Below, piece by piece: positions 43,688 through 60,144 of a DNA stretch of 64,000 bases. The position numbers and the translations under genes were made by a program. The stretch spans positions 74,958,001 through 75,022,000 of the forward strand of contig OX597824.1 of assembly GCA_951406725.2 (NCBI GenBank), written 5' to 3'. The stretch is from Octopus vulgaris (Eukaryota). The notes below the pieces were generated by a model. The model was not told the origin of the DNA, did not search any database, and saw only the letters and a program-made list of their open reading frames with translations. Every line of letters starts with the position of its first letter. The first letter of the stretch is position 1.

Positions 43688-44845
43688 TGTATGTATGTAT
43701 GTATGTATGTATGTATTACAGAAGAAACAATTGTTCTGCACCCAATACATATCACACACACATGAAAAAGTAATAAAAGCAAAACCACAAACATAATGTT
43801 AGACGAGGCAGTGGGGGATAAGACAATGAGGCCAAAGAGAAACTTACGGATTCTTTGGAATTAATGAGCTAAACACCCTACACCACACTCAAATGTTTGG
43901 AAGAAATATCAAAAACACATTAGCTTAAGAATCAAAATAGCATTAAATATCAAAATTAGAATAATAGGCATCAACGCACTCACAAGACTTGACATTAAAG
44001 AAAGGAAAATAATTTTTGCTTTTAATATACTCTATCCGGAAGTTGATACATTTACATATTAAAGTTTAAATCTGTATTTCTTCTTCCTATGTTCTTTAAT
44101 TTTGCGGAAAATGTCAATCGTATTGCATAATGTTTCGACTAATGTGCACTTAAACACAAGTCTTTTTGATTAAAAAAATGTCCGGCACATTTCTATGTCC
44201 AAGAGCCCTAAACAATTTTGCCTCTTTATCATGTCATCTCAGAAAAATATATTCCCAGTATTGATGAATGCAGACAATGGAAAATAACGTGTGTACGCAA
44301 AAGCAATCAAATATGCGTAAGAAAATAGTGATATACATACACATGTATACAAGACTTAAGCAAATTGACAGAGATGCATGAACGAACACATGCACATGTG
44401 TGTGTGCTTGTGTCTCTGTGTGTATATATGTGTAAATATAAATATAAGCTTTCACCGTATATTGACTATAGTAAATAATGTAATGCTGGGACATCTAATA
44501 CGAGGCAACCGAGTATATCTCATGTAGCAATACACTTGCGTCTGCCCTTCTGTCATACTTCAGCTTCTCAACACCTGGCGTAAAACCACATCCCTCTCTA
44601 CAACGGACGTCACTCAATCGAGGAGGTCTTGTCTTGCGAGTTACTTGGTTACCTCACCAGAACCAGTGCAACGAAATAGAGCACCCTCTATATTCTATAA
44701 ACTGGCTGATATGCATGTGTGTGTGTGCCTGTCCGCCTAGCCAACAGGGTGACATCATTCAATAGCTACAACAGTGCAGGGAAGTGCATTGTGACTAGCG
44801 TTGTATAACAACATACGCTTGTCTGGTTGATACAGTGATACAAAG

Positions 44846-44877
<32 letters not shown>

Positions 44878-44964
44878 TTATATACATATATATATATGTG
44901 TGTGTGTATATATATGTATATATATTATGTATATATGCATATATATATATGTATGTGTATATAA

Positions 44965-45002
<38 letters not shown>

Positions 45003-45028
45003 ATTATGTATATATACATATATGTATG

Positions 45029-45060
<32 letters not shown>

Positions 45061-45414
45061 TATATGCATGTATATATATGTGCATATATATACATTTATA
45101 TATACATATATATATACATATATATATATGTATGTATGTAAGTATGTATGAATGTATGTATGTATATAATGTATATATACATATACATATATGTCTTCCT
45201 CGTTAACTGCTCTCAGTCACTGGACATCGGCCATACTGGAATCCACGTTATGGGAGACAATAGATGACCGACTGAAAGTCTATCCTATCGACATGTGTGT
45301 GTGTGGTGGGGTGTTGTGCTTGTGTGTATAGCAATACATATGCATCTGTGTGTGTGTCTATATACATATGTGTATATATATCTATATCTATATCTATGTC
45401 TATATCTATATATA

Positions 45415-45880
45415 AAGAGGAATAAAGAGGCATTTTTCATCAATAAATTTCTCCCCAAACTAAATATGAACACACAACTCAATACTGAACACCACTAACT
45501 CTTCAATTGAAACCACTAAACCCTATACACTTCCTACACCACTCACATCTCTAAATCCAGAACTAATTACCTCCCTTACAAATAATCTTTTTTCTCCGGA
45601 ACTATTAGACCTGACACCGGTGTTGTTCAAACAATGAATAGCTTTGCGTAAACCATGGTTCGTTTTGTTCTCTTACTTTATTATCATCTTATGATCATCT
45701 CATAATAATGACTTTCATGACTCGTATTACTACCTCAGTCAATCTAAATGTATATATTTGTCGTTACCTGTCATAAATAGCCTTTTTCTATTTGCAATGT
45801 GCATTTTCGTTGATTTTTCATACTTTACCCTTACAGTTCCACGTGTATTTTATATTTTCTTTTCGTAACATATTTCTTAT
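45415..45880 (+). mobile_element. PLE 3' end (last GIY-YIG residues plus 3' region)
   Basis: RNKEAFFINKFLPKLNM matches LNKETFFIEKYRTRLNM (55214 ORF); ATGAATA-GC..GC motif at 45628-45667. Confidence 0.65.
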
Positions 45881-46669
45881 ATATATATATATATATATAC
45901 TCAAGGAGTCTATGAAGTATTTAGACAATTTAAAAAAAACACCATACTATATCCCAGAGCTGTACTATATCCCAGAGGAAATCTCTACAGTTTAGTTTTA
46001 GCTTTGCATTATCTTTGCATATTCACTTAAAATTCTCTCTCCGTTCCGTTTCACATAAATTACTTTATTGGCATTGAGTTTTCTTGGCAAGCCTTACGAA
46101 TTTTATTTGGCTCCATTTTACCGAGAGATAGCAGAAAAAATTCCGAAATTGTGGCTACGTTTAGCACGAAATATTTCGATTGTCTAAATCACTTTTATAC
46201 TCGCTATTCTTTTTTTCCATTATTGCTGTTTTATCTCATATTTTTTCTTCATTTTCTGAATATTAGCGATGGTGTTTATAGATTTTTTTAAAGACCTTTC
46301 TAGTACAGCCTTCACTTTCGAAAATGGATTTTGCCTATGAAGACCTTTCAAAGACTTTTCAAAGACTGTATAGAAATTGTCGATAGACATGTTTTTGAGA
46401 AGTGTAAAACAACCTGTATTATTGATCCTGGAATAGACTTCTAAAATATATTCTTTTTTATTGTTTTCTTCAATAACAGCTATCAGTCACTGGACAACGG
46501 CCATACTGGAGTCCACGTTATGGGAGACAGCATATGACCAGCTGAAAGTCTGTCATATTGACGTATGTGTATGTGTCTGTTTGTGGGGGCGGGTTGCGCG
46601 TGTGTATAGCAATATATATATACACATATTTTCTCTCTTTAGTTTCTCTCCTCGTCTCTTTCTGTGTTC

Positions 46670-46705
46670 CTTTCTGTGGAAGAGCGTAGGCTCGAAACCT
46701 TAAAG
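46670..46705 (+). ncRNA. Hammerhead-like motif, A6U variant (degenerate stem III)
   Basis: cttt-CTGTGGA-A-GAGC-gtag-GCTC-GAAAC-CTT-aaag. Confidence 0.5.
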
Positions 46706-46895
46706 AGTTATCTTGAAGTAGGGAAGGTTTGTATTATTAAAGTGGTGCTCCTGTTACTTTTGAGTATATATATAAATATATAATTCTTTTGCTTGTTTGA
46801 GTCATTTGACTGCGGCCATGTTGGAGCACCGCCTTTTTAGTCGAACAAATCGACCCTATGACTTATTCTTTGTAAGCCTAGTACTCATTATATCG

Positions 46896-47018
<123 letters not shown>

Positions 47019-47074
47019 TAGATAGATAGATAGATAGATAGAAAGATACATAGATACATACATACATACATACA

Positions 47075-47105
<31 letters not shown>

Positions 47106-47728
47106 TATTACGTTGTCTTTGATTATCGTTACTTCAGGTTTTAATTAGTTAAATTCAGCCGCGGTCCTCGAGAGGTTAATTAACCGTTACAATTACCAAA
47201 CATTCCCTATCTTATTAATTAACGGTACGAGTATCTCAAGATCTAAAACCAAAGTGGAGTACATTGTTTTAATAAAACACAGGCATTCGTTATTTCTTAA
47301 TTCTAATAAATTGTAAAATAGGCGTTAACACAATATAGGGGAGCAAAGAATTTTAATTAATTAAGCTTAATTAATAATAGAATGCAGTGACAAAAAAGTC
47401 ACTCGTATTTTCCATATTGTTTAATCGTTAATTAATTTAATTTAATTTAAATTTCATGGATGTCTGCTCTGTCTTTCTTGGTCCAAAATTTATCATTAAG
47501 TTAATGACTTTGTTTTCTTATTCTTACTGGTGTAGTACTTTTTTTTTTCTTTTAATCTACACCCAAAAGGTTAAAAAAGAAGATGTTGACACCATCGATA
47601 TTTGATCTCTGAACATCAGATCGATAAACGGGAAGTGTTTAACCAAACGCTCTAATGACTAAACCAACCCACTGCTTTCCGGAAGTGCCTCGTTCTGGAT
47701 GAAAACGTTTAATGTAAATACAATCAAC

Positions 47729-48165
47729 ATAGGCGCAGGAGTGGCTGTGTGGTAAGTAGCTTGCTAACCAACCTCATGGTTCCGGGTTCAGTCCCACTGC
47801 GTGACATCTTGGGCAAGTGTCTTCTGCTATAGCCCCGGGCCGACCAATGCCTTGTGAGTGGATTTGGTAGACGGAAACTGAAAGAAGACTGTCGTATATA
47901 TATACATGTATATACATGTATATATATGTATGTGTGTGTTTGTGTGTCTGTGTTTGTCCCCCTAGCATTGCTTGACAACCGATGCTGGTGTGTTTACGTC
48001 CCCGTCCCTTAGCGGTTCGGCAAAAAGAGACCGATAGAATAAGTACTGGGCTTACAAAGAATAAGTCCCGGGGTCGATTTGCTCGACTAAAGGCGGTGCT
48101 CCAGCATGGCCGCAGTCAAATGACTGAAACAAGTAAAAGAGTAAAAGAGTAAAGAGTAAAGAGTA
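47729..48165 (+). mobile_element. SINE family B, full length with (gagtaaa)n tail
   Basis: tRNA-like head, CORE-like cttgggcaagt, tandem tail. Confidence 0.9.
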
Positions 48166-48392
48166 TATAAAAAGTGATGAACGGGATAACAAAATCTACC
48201 ATCAGATTAAGGACTTGTACAAAATGTTTTCCTCTGTTCTTTTACTCGTTTCTTTGTTTCAGTCGAACGAACTGACCCCAGTACTGACTTCTTTAAAAGT
48301 CTAGTACTTTATTTTATTGGACTCTTTTTGTGGAACCTCTAAGTTACGGAAGCGTATACAAACCAGCATCGGTTGCCCTGAGTTGGTGGGTT

Positions 48393-48428
<36 letters not shown>

Positions 48429-48589
48429 AACAGACACACACACATCCGGCTTCTTTCAATTTCCTTCTACCAGATTCATGTAGATGGCTTTGGGAAGTTT
48501 GGAGCTTTAGTAGAAGACATTTGCACAAAGTACCCCGCAATAAGATTGAACTCGGAACCATGTAGTTGGAAACCAAGTTTCTTAATTTT

Positions 48590-48811
48590 TTTATTGCCCA
48601 CAAGGGGCTAAACATAGAGGGGACAAACAAGGACAGACAAAGGGATTAAATCGATTACATCGATCCCAGTACATAGCTGGTACTTAATTTATCGACCCCG
48701 AAAGGATGAAAGGCAAAGTCGACCTCGGCGGAATTTGAACTCAGAACGTAAAGACAGACGAAATACCGCTAAGCATTTCGCCCGGCGTGCTAACGTTTCT
48801 GCCAGCTCGCC
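48590..48811 (-). mobile_element. SINE family A
   Basis: Match to other family A copies. Confidence 0.85.
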
Positions 48812-48982
48812 AAATTTCGTGCCACACAGCCATACCTAAGCCTATACTTATTAACAGATGTATCTAAAAAATAAAAATCATAAGAGATATTCAACTTATG
48901 CAGCAGAAGCAACTCTAGATTAAAATCTTAATCTCTACGACATATTGATATCGTTGAAAAGTTAGTGGCTGCAATAGATGTA

Positions 48983-49368
48983 CTAGCAGTATCGCCCGGC
49001 GTTGCTCGGGTTTGTTTCAACCCTTTAGAATTGGAATTTTTGAAAAGTAAAAATTTTGCATTATGTAGCTTGTTATTCTCTTTAAGTGAACATTTTTCTG
49101 GTTGAAATACACCGAAAATGGCGACACAGCAGTAAAAAAAATAGTAAAAAATAGGGATTTTCATAGAAAAAAAGTACCTTTTTGATGTAAGTAATTTTTG
49201 GTGTTAACATGGTCCGATTTGATTATTTTCTTCTACGGAAGGAAGAGCAAGCCTTCTTCTATCATACTCTCAATTTTGGTCAACTTGCCCCGCAGGGTCT
49301 CGGAGGAGATAGTGTTAGTTGAACAAACCTGCCATACACAGACAACTTCAGCCTTATATATAGAGAGA
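48983..49368 (-). mobile_element. Non-autonomous Helitron-like element
   Basis: Same 3' end as 29552-29937 (ctagcagtatcgcccggcgttgctcgggtttgt) with a different interior. Confidence 0.8.
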
Positions 49369-49784
49369 TTTTGTTAAAAACACAATTTACAACCTTTAAA
49401 GTATCAAATGTTTTTAACAAATTACATGTATAAAAGGATTTTTGCCGAGGAGACCATTGCAGTCTGTGACGTTTCAACATTAAATATACGTTGATAATGT
49501 CTCATAGATAATGATCATGAGAAATAAATTTATAACATATTATGAAAAATTGCTAAATAATTGTGTAATTATATAAAATTTATTGAAAATATGAAATGGA
49601 GCTCTTAAGAGGTTGGATTTCAGAGAAAATAAATTATAGAACTAAAGTGTTCATATGATAAATATTTTGAATATATTGAAATGTGTAATGGGTAAAACGG
49701 TACATATAGTCTACTGATACCAAAATAATAACATTATATAGGAAAAAATAACGAATATATACGCATAGGTATATGTATATATGC

Positions 49785-49887
<103 letters not shown>

Positions 49888-50070
49888 TATGAGTGTGAGT
49901 GCGTGTGTATATGTGTATAGGCGTGGCTGTGTGGTAACAATCTTCTTTTCCAGCCACATTGTTCCGAGTTCAGTCTCATTGTGTGGAATCTTGGGCAAGT
50001 GTCTTATACTATAGTCTCAGGCCGGCCAAAAGATTGTGAGTGGATTTGGTAGATGGAAACTGAAGGATTA

Positions 50071-50117
50071 ACACACGCTGAGGACGGGTAACCACCCAGA
50101 AACTCGATTCCGTGTGT
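50071..50117 (+). ncRNA. Hammerhead-like motif with extra nucleotides flanking stem II
   Basis: acacacg-CTGAGGA-C-GGGT-aacc-ACCC-A-GAAAC-TCGA-TTC-cgtgtgt; perfect 7-bp stem I. Confidence 0.7.
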
Positions 50118-50320
50118 ATCACGTAAGGTTAGAGATGGGAGCGATGACCTCCCCTCGCAAATACTAATCGGACACAAAATGTGTGTCGTTAGCCAGCTTC
50201 AAGAGATGTCTTCCTGGGGCTACAATCGTCAGTAGCACTCTCCTGCCACACTTGATTGGCAATTATGTGTTACGATTCCGTATTGCTACTGTTTATGTCA
50301 CGGTCAGAGATTTAATATAG

Positions 50321-50373
<53 letters not shown>

Positions 50374-50454
50374 CACGAAAAAAACAAAAGACAAAGACAG
50401 GTGGTGTAGAAAACAAACAGATGTATTAGTATAACGCTCGGGAATTGAAAAGAT

Positions 50455-50490
50455 CTTTAACGTTTCGAGCCTACGCTCGTCCACAGAAAG
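50455..50490 (-). ncRNA. Hammerhead-like motif, A6U variant, in a PLE 3' end abutting (TA)n
   Basis: cttt-CTGTGGA-C-GAGC-gtag-GCTC-GAAA-CG-TT-aaag. Confidence 0.6.
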
Positions 50491-50809
50491 GAACACAGAA
50501 AGAAACAAGGAGACAGAAAATGTGTGTGTAATGGCTACCGATTTATCATGGCGAATGCCGGACAGAAGGGTCACACAGGAGAGCGAAGAAGTAGGGGAGA
50601 TAACAAAGTAGTAGTGATCCCAAAATGAAGGTGCGCGTGTGTGTAAGAAAGTACGTATGTGCGTGTGAAAGAGGGCTGGTGATCATGAGGTGTGCGTGTG
50701 TGTATGTGTAGGTGTGAAAATGTGGGGATGGGAATTGGTCAGTGCTGATGTGTGGGTGGTGGTATGTTGTGATGTGATGTGTTGTGTGGTGTGGTGTGAT
50801 TAAAAATAA

Positions 50810-52892
<2,083 letters not shown>

Positions 52893-54504
52893 AACCTAGT
52901 ATTAAAATACCCCTACTGACATAATAATAGTATTAATTATTTAGGGTTAACCATTGTTACTATATTTTGTATTATGTCATGTATGATAATTATGCAGATA
53001 TATATATAAATGAAGGTATATATTAAGTTTGATATAATTATATAATTATATACATACATGTATATGTGAGTATTTGTTACTATAGATACTACTTTTGTAT
53101 TTATATATGGATGTGTGTGTATATTTGTGCAAACACTTGTATGTATGTGTATGTATATGCATATATTTATATATGCGTACACATATATGAAGGTTTATGT
53201 AGGTATGTATTTATATTTATGTATATATATATATATATATATATTTGTGCAAGCAATTATATATGTATACATTTATGTATGCATGCACATGTATGTAGAT
53301 TAAGATAAAAATGTAAATGTTTTTGTTTTCTGCTGATATGTGTGTGGAGATATATATATGTGTATGTGGGTATGTATGTGTATGTGTGTGTATGTACATA
53401 TGTATATATGGTTATATATATGCATGCATATATATATTAGTATTATCTATGCATATGTATGTATATGAATAGAGACTATGAAATGCAACTACATTATAGA
53501 ACGAGTGATTGGATTGATTGATTGATTAATTAATTATTTAATTAATTGGTTGGCTGATTAGTAAGTTGTTTGAGCTCTCTTCGTTTTATTTATAAATAAA
53601 CTCCCAACTCCACTGCATCTCTTAAATATAACATTAAAAGTAATTAGATAAATAAATAGATGGATAGATATTTTAAGGACTAAACAACTAAGGAGTTTAT
53701 TAATTACGTGACTTAGGAATATCACATGAACACTTGCATTTTAGGCATTTTGTCAGTTGGAGTCTTACATTTGAAGCAATTTGTCAGATATAATAGATTT
53801 TGAACATAATTTGAGGCAATTTGTCAGATATAATAAGTTTTTGAACATATTTTTAGCGATAATGATTACAATTTGGTACTATGTAGGTATAGTTATTTAT
53901 AGAAGAGGATATGTGAGGATTCGGAGAATGAATTTTGGACGTAATTTTAGCGATAAACTACATGATGAGACGATACATACGGTCACTTTTGCTGTTTTGT
54001 CCCTTCTATGAGTTTTGTCCAGCTGGCTTCCGGCATATATTTTTAACCATTTACTACCCATATAAGTTAGTAAATATATTAATTATTCCCATAGTTAGAC
54101 TTATACATGTAATATTTTATTAGGGATTTTAAAAATAAATTTGTAATTACTTATCTCTCATATACATTATATTAAAATATAATATCCCCATAATGTTATA
54201 TAATATTTTGGTTTTTTAATAAATTTGTGATAAATTAACTCTCATATGTATTATACTAAAATAATATCCCCTTAGGAATATCACTTGATATATATATATA
54301 TATATATATATGTTTTTGCTTTATTTATATACGTTTATATATATATATATATATATGTAGGTCCCGGGTTGAGTAGGGGTTAACCACAGTAAATAAGGTA
54401 CTCAATACATAGCAGAGTAAATTAATTTATTTTATAGAAGGAGTTTCTACAGGACTAGAACTGTTTGTTCTAGTCCTGTAGAAGCTCCTTCTATAAATAA
54501 ATAA

Positions 54505-54560
<56 letters not shown>

Positions 54561-54670
54561 GTAACAGAAAAGAGGAATTTCGATTATCCCCAGGTGGTGG
54601 GTTTTAATGTATATAAGAAATTAAAAAAGGAAAATGCGCACACTTACATAGTTTTAATATAATTATTAAT

Positions 54671-54705
54671 ACATCGACCGGTTTCGCTATCGCTATTCAT
54701 GATAC
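54671..54705 (-). ncRNA. Minimal hammerhead-like motif, A3-U8 variant
   Basis: gtatc-ATGAATA-GC-gata-GC-GAAAC-CG-GTC-gatgt. Confidence 0.65.
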
Positions 54706-54877
54706 TATGTTTTACATATTTGAATATATACGAATATTTTTTAAGAAGAAAGTTTATCCATGTTGTGTGTGATGAAATTCACGAGAGAGTGACTTCACAA
54801 GTAGATAAATAAAGTGAGGTAATTGGTTGTCATTATTATTGTTATTGTTGTGGGTAAGGGGAGATAACTGTTCGGTA

Positions 54878-55112
54878 AAGGCGGCGAGCTGGCAGAAGCG
54901 TTAGCACGCCGGGCAAAATGCTTTGTGGTATTTTGTCTGCCGTTACGTTGTGAGTTCAAATTCCGCCGAGGTCGACTTTGCCTTTCATCCTTTCGGGGTC
55001 GATAAATTAAGCACCAGTTACGCACTGGAGTCGATGTAATCGACTTAATACCTATGTCTGTCTTTGTTTGTCCTCTCTATGTTTAGCCCCTTGTGGGTAA
55101 TAAAGAAATAGG
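54878..55112 (+). mobile_element. SINE family A nested in the PLE 3' region
   Basis: Match to other family A copies. Confidence 0.85.
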
Positions 55113-55527
55113 TAATGGGAGGGGAATATATATGTGTACAGACAGAGTTTCAAAAACCTTGTTTAGTGAGGGGATTTACGTAGTGATGAAATACGCAAAA
55201 AGATAAAAGTTGGTTATGCGTGCATATTAAGACGCGTTCTGTATTTTTCAATGAAAAAAGTTTCTTTATTTAAACGTTCTAGTTGAGAGATTGTGTCTTT
55301 GCACTGGTAGAAGGGGAAGACTGTGAAATTCGGTTTGATATTACCTGCACATTTTTCTATATGTTCACTGATAGGAATTTGTCTGTATTGCAGGAAACGG
55401 ATTTGCTCTTTATGTAGAGTGGTTTTCTTTCTCAAGGTCATACTCGTTTGTCCAGTATAGTGGTGTCCGCAAACGAGTATGACCTTGAGAAAGGTCAAAT
55501 GACTGAAACAAGTAAAAAAGTAAAAGA

Positions 55528-55580
<53 letters not shown>

Positions 55581-56017
55581 AGCACAAAGGCTGTGTCCAT
55601 GCTGGAGTACCACCAGTGTAATAACCTTTTAGATGGCTATTTTTATGTGATTGGCATCATCATGATATATAGTAACAATTTTTATTTGGTATGCACCTTG
55701 TAGTATGCTGTTTAAAGCCCGTTCACAGTATTCGGCTACCTGATGACAACAACAGTATGGAGGTATATGCCTCTGGATTTACTTCATTTTTGCATCACGA
55801 TCGATTGTACAGTATCTCACCTGTAAGGTGCATGATGAATCGATAAGATGGTAGTGGCTCTGAATATAGTTTCGTGAAATCCATTTTCTGTCTCCTCTCT
55901 TCATACATGCATACATACATTCATATCATACATGCATGCATACATACATACATACATACATACATACATACATACATACATACATACATGCATGTATACA
56001 TACATACATATATTATA

Positions 56018-56056
<39 letters not shown>

Positions 56057-56666
56057 TACATATATCTGTACATAAACATTACATGCTCACATACGTATAC
56101 ACATACAGAGATATTTTTCACACACGGACACGCTCACACACACATTATGCGCATACACACACACTTATGAAAAAAATGAGCAAAGAATAATAACTCGAAA
56201 TGGCTAGGGGCATGTATTTGAAATACGTAGACAAATATACCTTATAACAAAAATTCTTGATTTATTTAAATTATCTCCGCCTCTAGGAAATGTATTACAA
56301 TATGCATATAGAAACCTTTATAGGAAATATTTTGCAGATGAATATGTAACAGAATTTTTCTCTTAGTTATATTGCAAAAAAATCCAGAACACTTGCTGGA
56401 TTACAATATGTTGTTCTTATCTTAAAATATGAGTAGTTATTACCAGTATGTGTCAACTGAACAATGTACGCAAGCTTCAATTAGTAATTGAGAACAATTT
56501 GTCATGTGTCGGAAGATACGAATTATAGAATGAAGAACGCTGCACAAAGACAGAAGACCTATCAGCTTAAATGGAAGTGTATGAAGATAAATACGCACAA
56601 TGGATTAAAATATCAACGCAAGAGTGTGGAATATAAAGAAGCGAATAATGAAAAATGAAGTGAAGT

Positions 56667-57316
56667 AGGTGTAAGCATTAGCCGTGTGGTTAACTCGCTT
56701 TGCAACCATTTGGTGTCAGGCTCAGTTCAACAGCGCATAGTGAGATAGCTGGGAGCAAATGTCTTCTGCTATAGCCACGGATTTGGTAAACGGAAACTGT
56801 ATTGAAGCGTGTCGTATATGTGCGTCTGTGTGCCTTTGTGTTTGTCTCCCCACCGCTTGAAAATCAAAGTTGGTTTGTTTTTGTCCCCGTAACTTTGCGG
56901 TTTGACAAAAAAAGACCGATGGAATAAATACAAGACTTTTGTTCAACTAAAAAAGAAGAGACTTCAAGATATTATCCCAGTATGACCGCAGTCCAATGAC
57001 TGAAACCAGTAAAAGGTAATACTAGAAAGATTGAAGAAATAAATAAAGATTGCTAATTAAGTGGAAGAAGGTATACTCTGGTCTTTCTGCTAGCTTAGAA
57101 TTCGAGAGTACCATGCAGTACATGGAGATGATACCAACCTATAATTTAGGAGAATCACGTGGGTTCAGGTTCATATCCGACTTGCAGTACTTTGAGCAAG
57201 TGTCTTCTACTAAATCCTTCGTAAATGAATTTGATAGATGGAAACTGTGTAGAAGCCCGTTTATATATATAATTATGTACATAATAAATATATACATGTG
57301 TGTGCGTGAGAGAGAG

Positions 57317-57380
<64 letters not shown>

Positions 57381-57530
57381 TTTCGGTTCCCGTAACTTAC
57401 CAGTTCCGCAAAAGACCAATAGAATAAGTACAGACTTACAAATAAGTACTGGAGCGGGGGTGCTTGTTCGATTAAACCCATTAAAGCTGTGCCCCGGCAT
57501 GGCCGCAGTCCAGTAACTGAAACCAACAAG
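56667..57530 (+). mobile_element. Two old SINE family B-related copies
   Basis: Degenerate head, body and tail motifs at ~56667-57017 and ~57160-57530. Confidence 0.65.
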
Positions 57531-57588
57531 TGATTAAAAATAAAATGTTATGCTTAAATGATTAAGTAAACGGAACATATATATATAT

Positions 57589-57654
<66 letters not shown>

Positions 57655-57659
<5 letters not shown>

Positions 57660-57871
57660 ATTATAAACAAGGGCAAAAGAAAAAATTCTAATGCCAAATA
57701 TGCCCAAAGGAATGAATTATATGGTTATTGACGATTTAAGTCTATTTTCGGCATATTTGGCATTAGAATCTATTTCTTTTGCCCTTGTTTATAAGTTGTT
57801 TATAAATTTAACCTTTTAAGGTATTTTATAATATGCTGGCCATTGATAGAATCTTTTCGAAAAATTTTATC

Positions 57872-57878
<7 letters not shown>
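57655..57878. mobile_element. (TA)n-embedded short fold-back (tggccagcat family)
   Basis: Arms 57662-57704 / 57750-57794; atgctggcca near the end. Confidence 0.65.
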
Positions 57879-57931
<53 letters not shown>

Positions 57932-58451
57932 CATAGTACTATGCTGAAATCAGATTTCAGGGTAGAACACTGTTGTTACATTCCTCTGTGATATCATTGG
58001 AAAGTGAGGACATAATATGAATTTTAAACAGCCACAAAATAAAACTAGTTATGATAATGCACTGTTGGGTTATGTTGCAATGAACCTTGTTTTGAGGGAA
58101 AGTAAACTATTTAATTGAAGAAAATAAGGGGGAAAATCAATATAATTGAATGCAAATGTTATAAAAAAATTTCTAACATATTAAAATGAAATTTGGAAAT
58201 AAAATGCATTTCAAACATTTAAATGTTCTGAAACTGTACGTTTACTACTTGAGGCTAACTGGGAATGTCAATTAAGTAATTCGACATTACAAAACAAGAG
58301 TTTTTTGTATCCTTCTAAGTGGCAGTGCGTGCAAGGATTTTCTTGTGAATATAGTTTTGCAAAATATGAAATTTTTCAAATAGATATTATTAAGTTCATT
58401 TTAATGACCTTATGTATGCGAAAGCTAGGTATCTGCTTTTCTATACTTATT

Positions 58452-58524
<73 letters not shown>

Positions 58525-58580
58525 TTGATCGCTGAATCTACAAGTTTTTTTTAAAATTCTCTGATTATTTTCTCGTATTC

Positions 58581-58616
58581 CTTTCTGTTGAAGAGCGTAG
58601 ACTCGAAACCTAAAAG
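58581..58616 (+). ncRNA. Hammerhead-like motif, A6U variant (degenerate)
   Basis: cttt-CTGTTGA-A-GAGC-gtag-ACTC-GAAAC-CTA-aaag. Confidence 0.45.
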
Positions 58617-58710
58617 ATTTCTCACGTTCCCGAGCGTCAAACTAATACACCTGCTTGTTGTTCATACACCTGTCTTCGTCTTTTATTTTGCTCTAAATTT
58701 CAACTATATA

Positions 58711-58774
<64 letters not shown>

Positions 58775-58884
58775 GTTTGTTTTTATGTTCTGTTATAATA
58801 AAAACAATTTTACATTAATCTGATGGGGTACTCTATACTTTTATAGAGTAAAGATCTATCATTCTTATACAAGAATGTTGATAA

Positions 58885-58927
58885 CAGTGACATCGATGTT
58901 TCGGCCAGCTAACCCATCGTCGATCTG
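58885..58927 (-). ncRNA. Degenerate hammerhead-like motif
   Basis: TCGACGA-T-GG...CC-GAAAC-ATCGAT-GTC; 10-nt palindrome ACATCGATGT. Confidence 0.4.
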
Positions 58928-59859
58928 CGGTGCATTAGACACGATACAACTAACATCAGCTCAAGATACGATACAACTAACACACATACACTTTTTCGCA
59001 ACCCCAAACTGGAAAAATGATACGTCAATATCCAAACGTATATGGCATTTAAAATTAAAAAATACCCTCTCACGCGCAACAATACCCAGAAAATAAGAAA
59101 CACTGCTAACTTTGTACAAATGAATCCTACCACATTTATGGACCAAATCCTGAACTGAAACTCTTCATGCAAGCACAAAATCTTAAAGACACTAAAACAT
59201 TTCAAACCAATAATCTTTTCTAAGGGCTAATCTTGCTTATATCTTACTAAACCCCGCTCCATCCACAAAGACCCTAAACCATTCCCGCAATATAAAATTT
59301 TAAAAAAACTGTCATGCAGCTTTACAATTCTACACTAAACAAGTACATTAGAAATGTACTTGTTTAGTACTCTAAAATCCCACAAAAATTTTCTAATAGA
59401 ACTACATAAACCTACATACATACATACATACATACATACATACATACATACATACAAGTAAAATGTATACTTGAATGCAAGCAAAATGAAAGAACCCTTT
59501 CTCTTTTGTTCTAACCTTTTTTACATGAATATGTAGATACCTTCTATATCAGCCCTACTTTAGCATATATCTAGAACAGAATTTGAAGAAATTTTATAAA
59601 CAAACACTAAACAAATTTTATCTCCACAAAACAGGTAGTTTAAAATCCAGGTATATTAATAAAATTAAATATAGAACAACGCACACCTAGAGAAAAACAT
59701 AATTATACAATGCTTACTCAAATACTTTTGTGAACATCATAGCACAAGAGAAACAACTTTCTATACTAACGAAGCCATGACGTGAATGACTAATAACCCT
59801 CACCTTACAAATGGAAACAGGAAATACCCTAAATAATATCAATTAAAGACAAGACCAGC

Positions 59860-59940
<81 letters not shown>

Positions 59941-60144
59941 AAGTAGGTAAATGAATTATCTTATTACGGATAATTCAAATGATAACCGATACCTGGGTAG
60001 CAAAAATCACAACAGAAAAATCACGGTTGAAGTTACGACCATGGGGCATAAAAACCGTGCCTTAGTGCGGAAATTTGAAGTTTTATATATTAAGTGTAGG
60101 AAGAAATAGAGCTGAACGAAGATTTAACAAAATTCCTTTATATT

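Larger units (their letters stand above)
54557..55480 (-). mobile_element. PLE 3' end: GIY-YIG fragment, 3' region with hammerhead variant, ends at (TA)n
   Basis: CGHHYTGQTSMTLRKK..HKEQI..SEHIEKC..LNKETFFIEKY. Confidence 0.85.

Noticed and set aside
44122-44175. Stem II plus GAAAC hammerhead relic (-); similar relic at 49463-49510
   Set aside because: 5' core is destroyed (TCAAAAA and CTATGA), so it cannot be supported as a ribozyme
53955-54030. ATGATGA-GAC...GTC-CAGCTG in the 3' region of the Naiad-like element as a hammerhead or SECIS
   Set aside because: GAAA is missing and there is no SECIS GA partner; at best a relic
58930-59850. Possible PLE RT C-terminal remnant (LKNTLSRATIP)
   Set aside because: Too short and degenerate to call by eye
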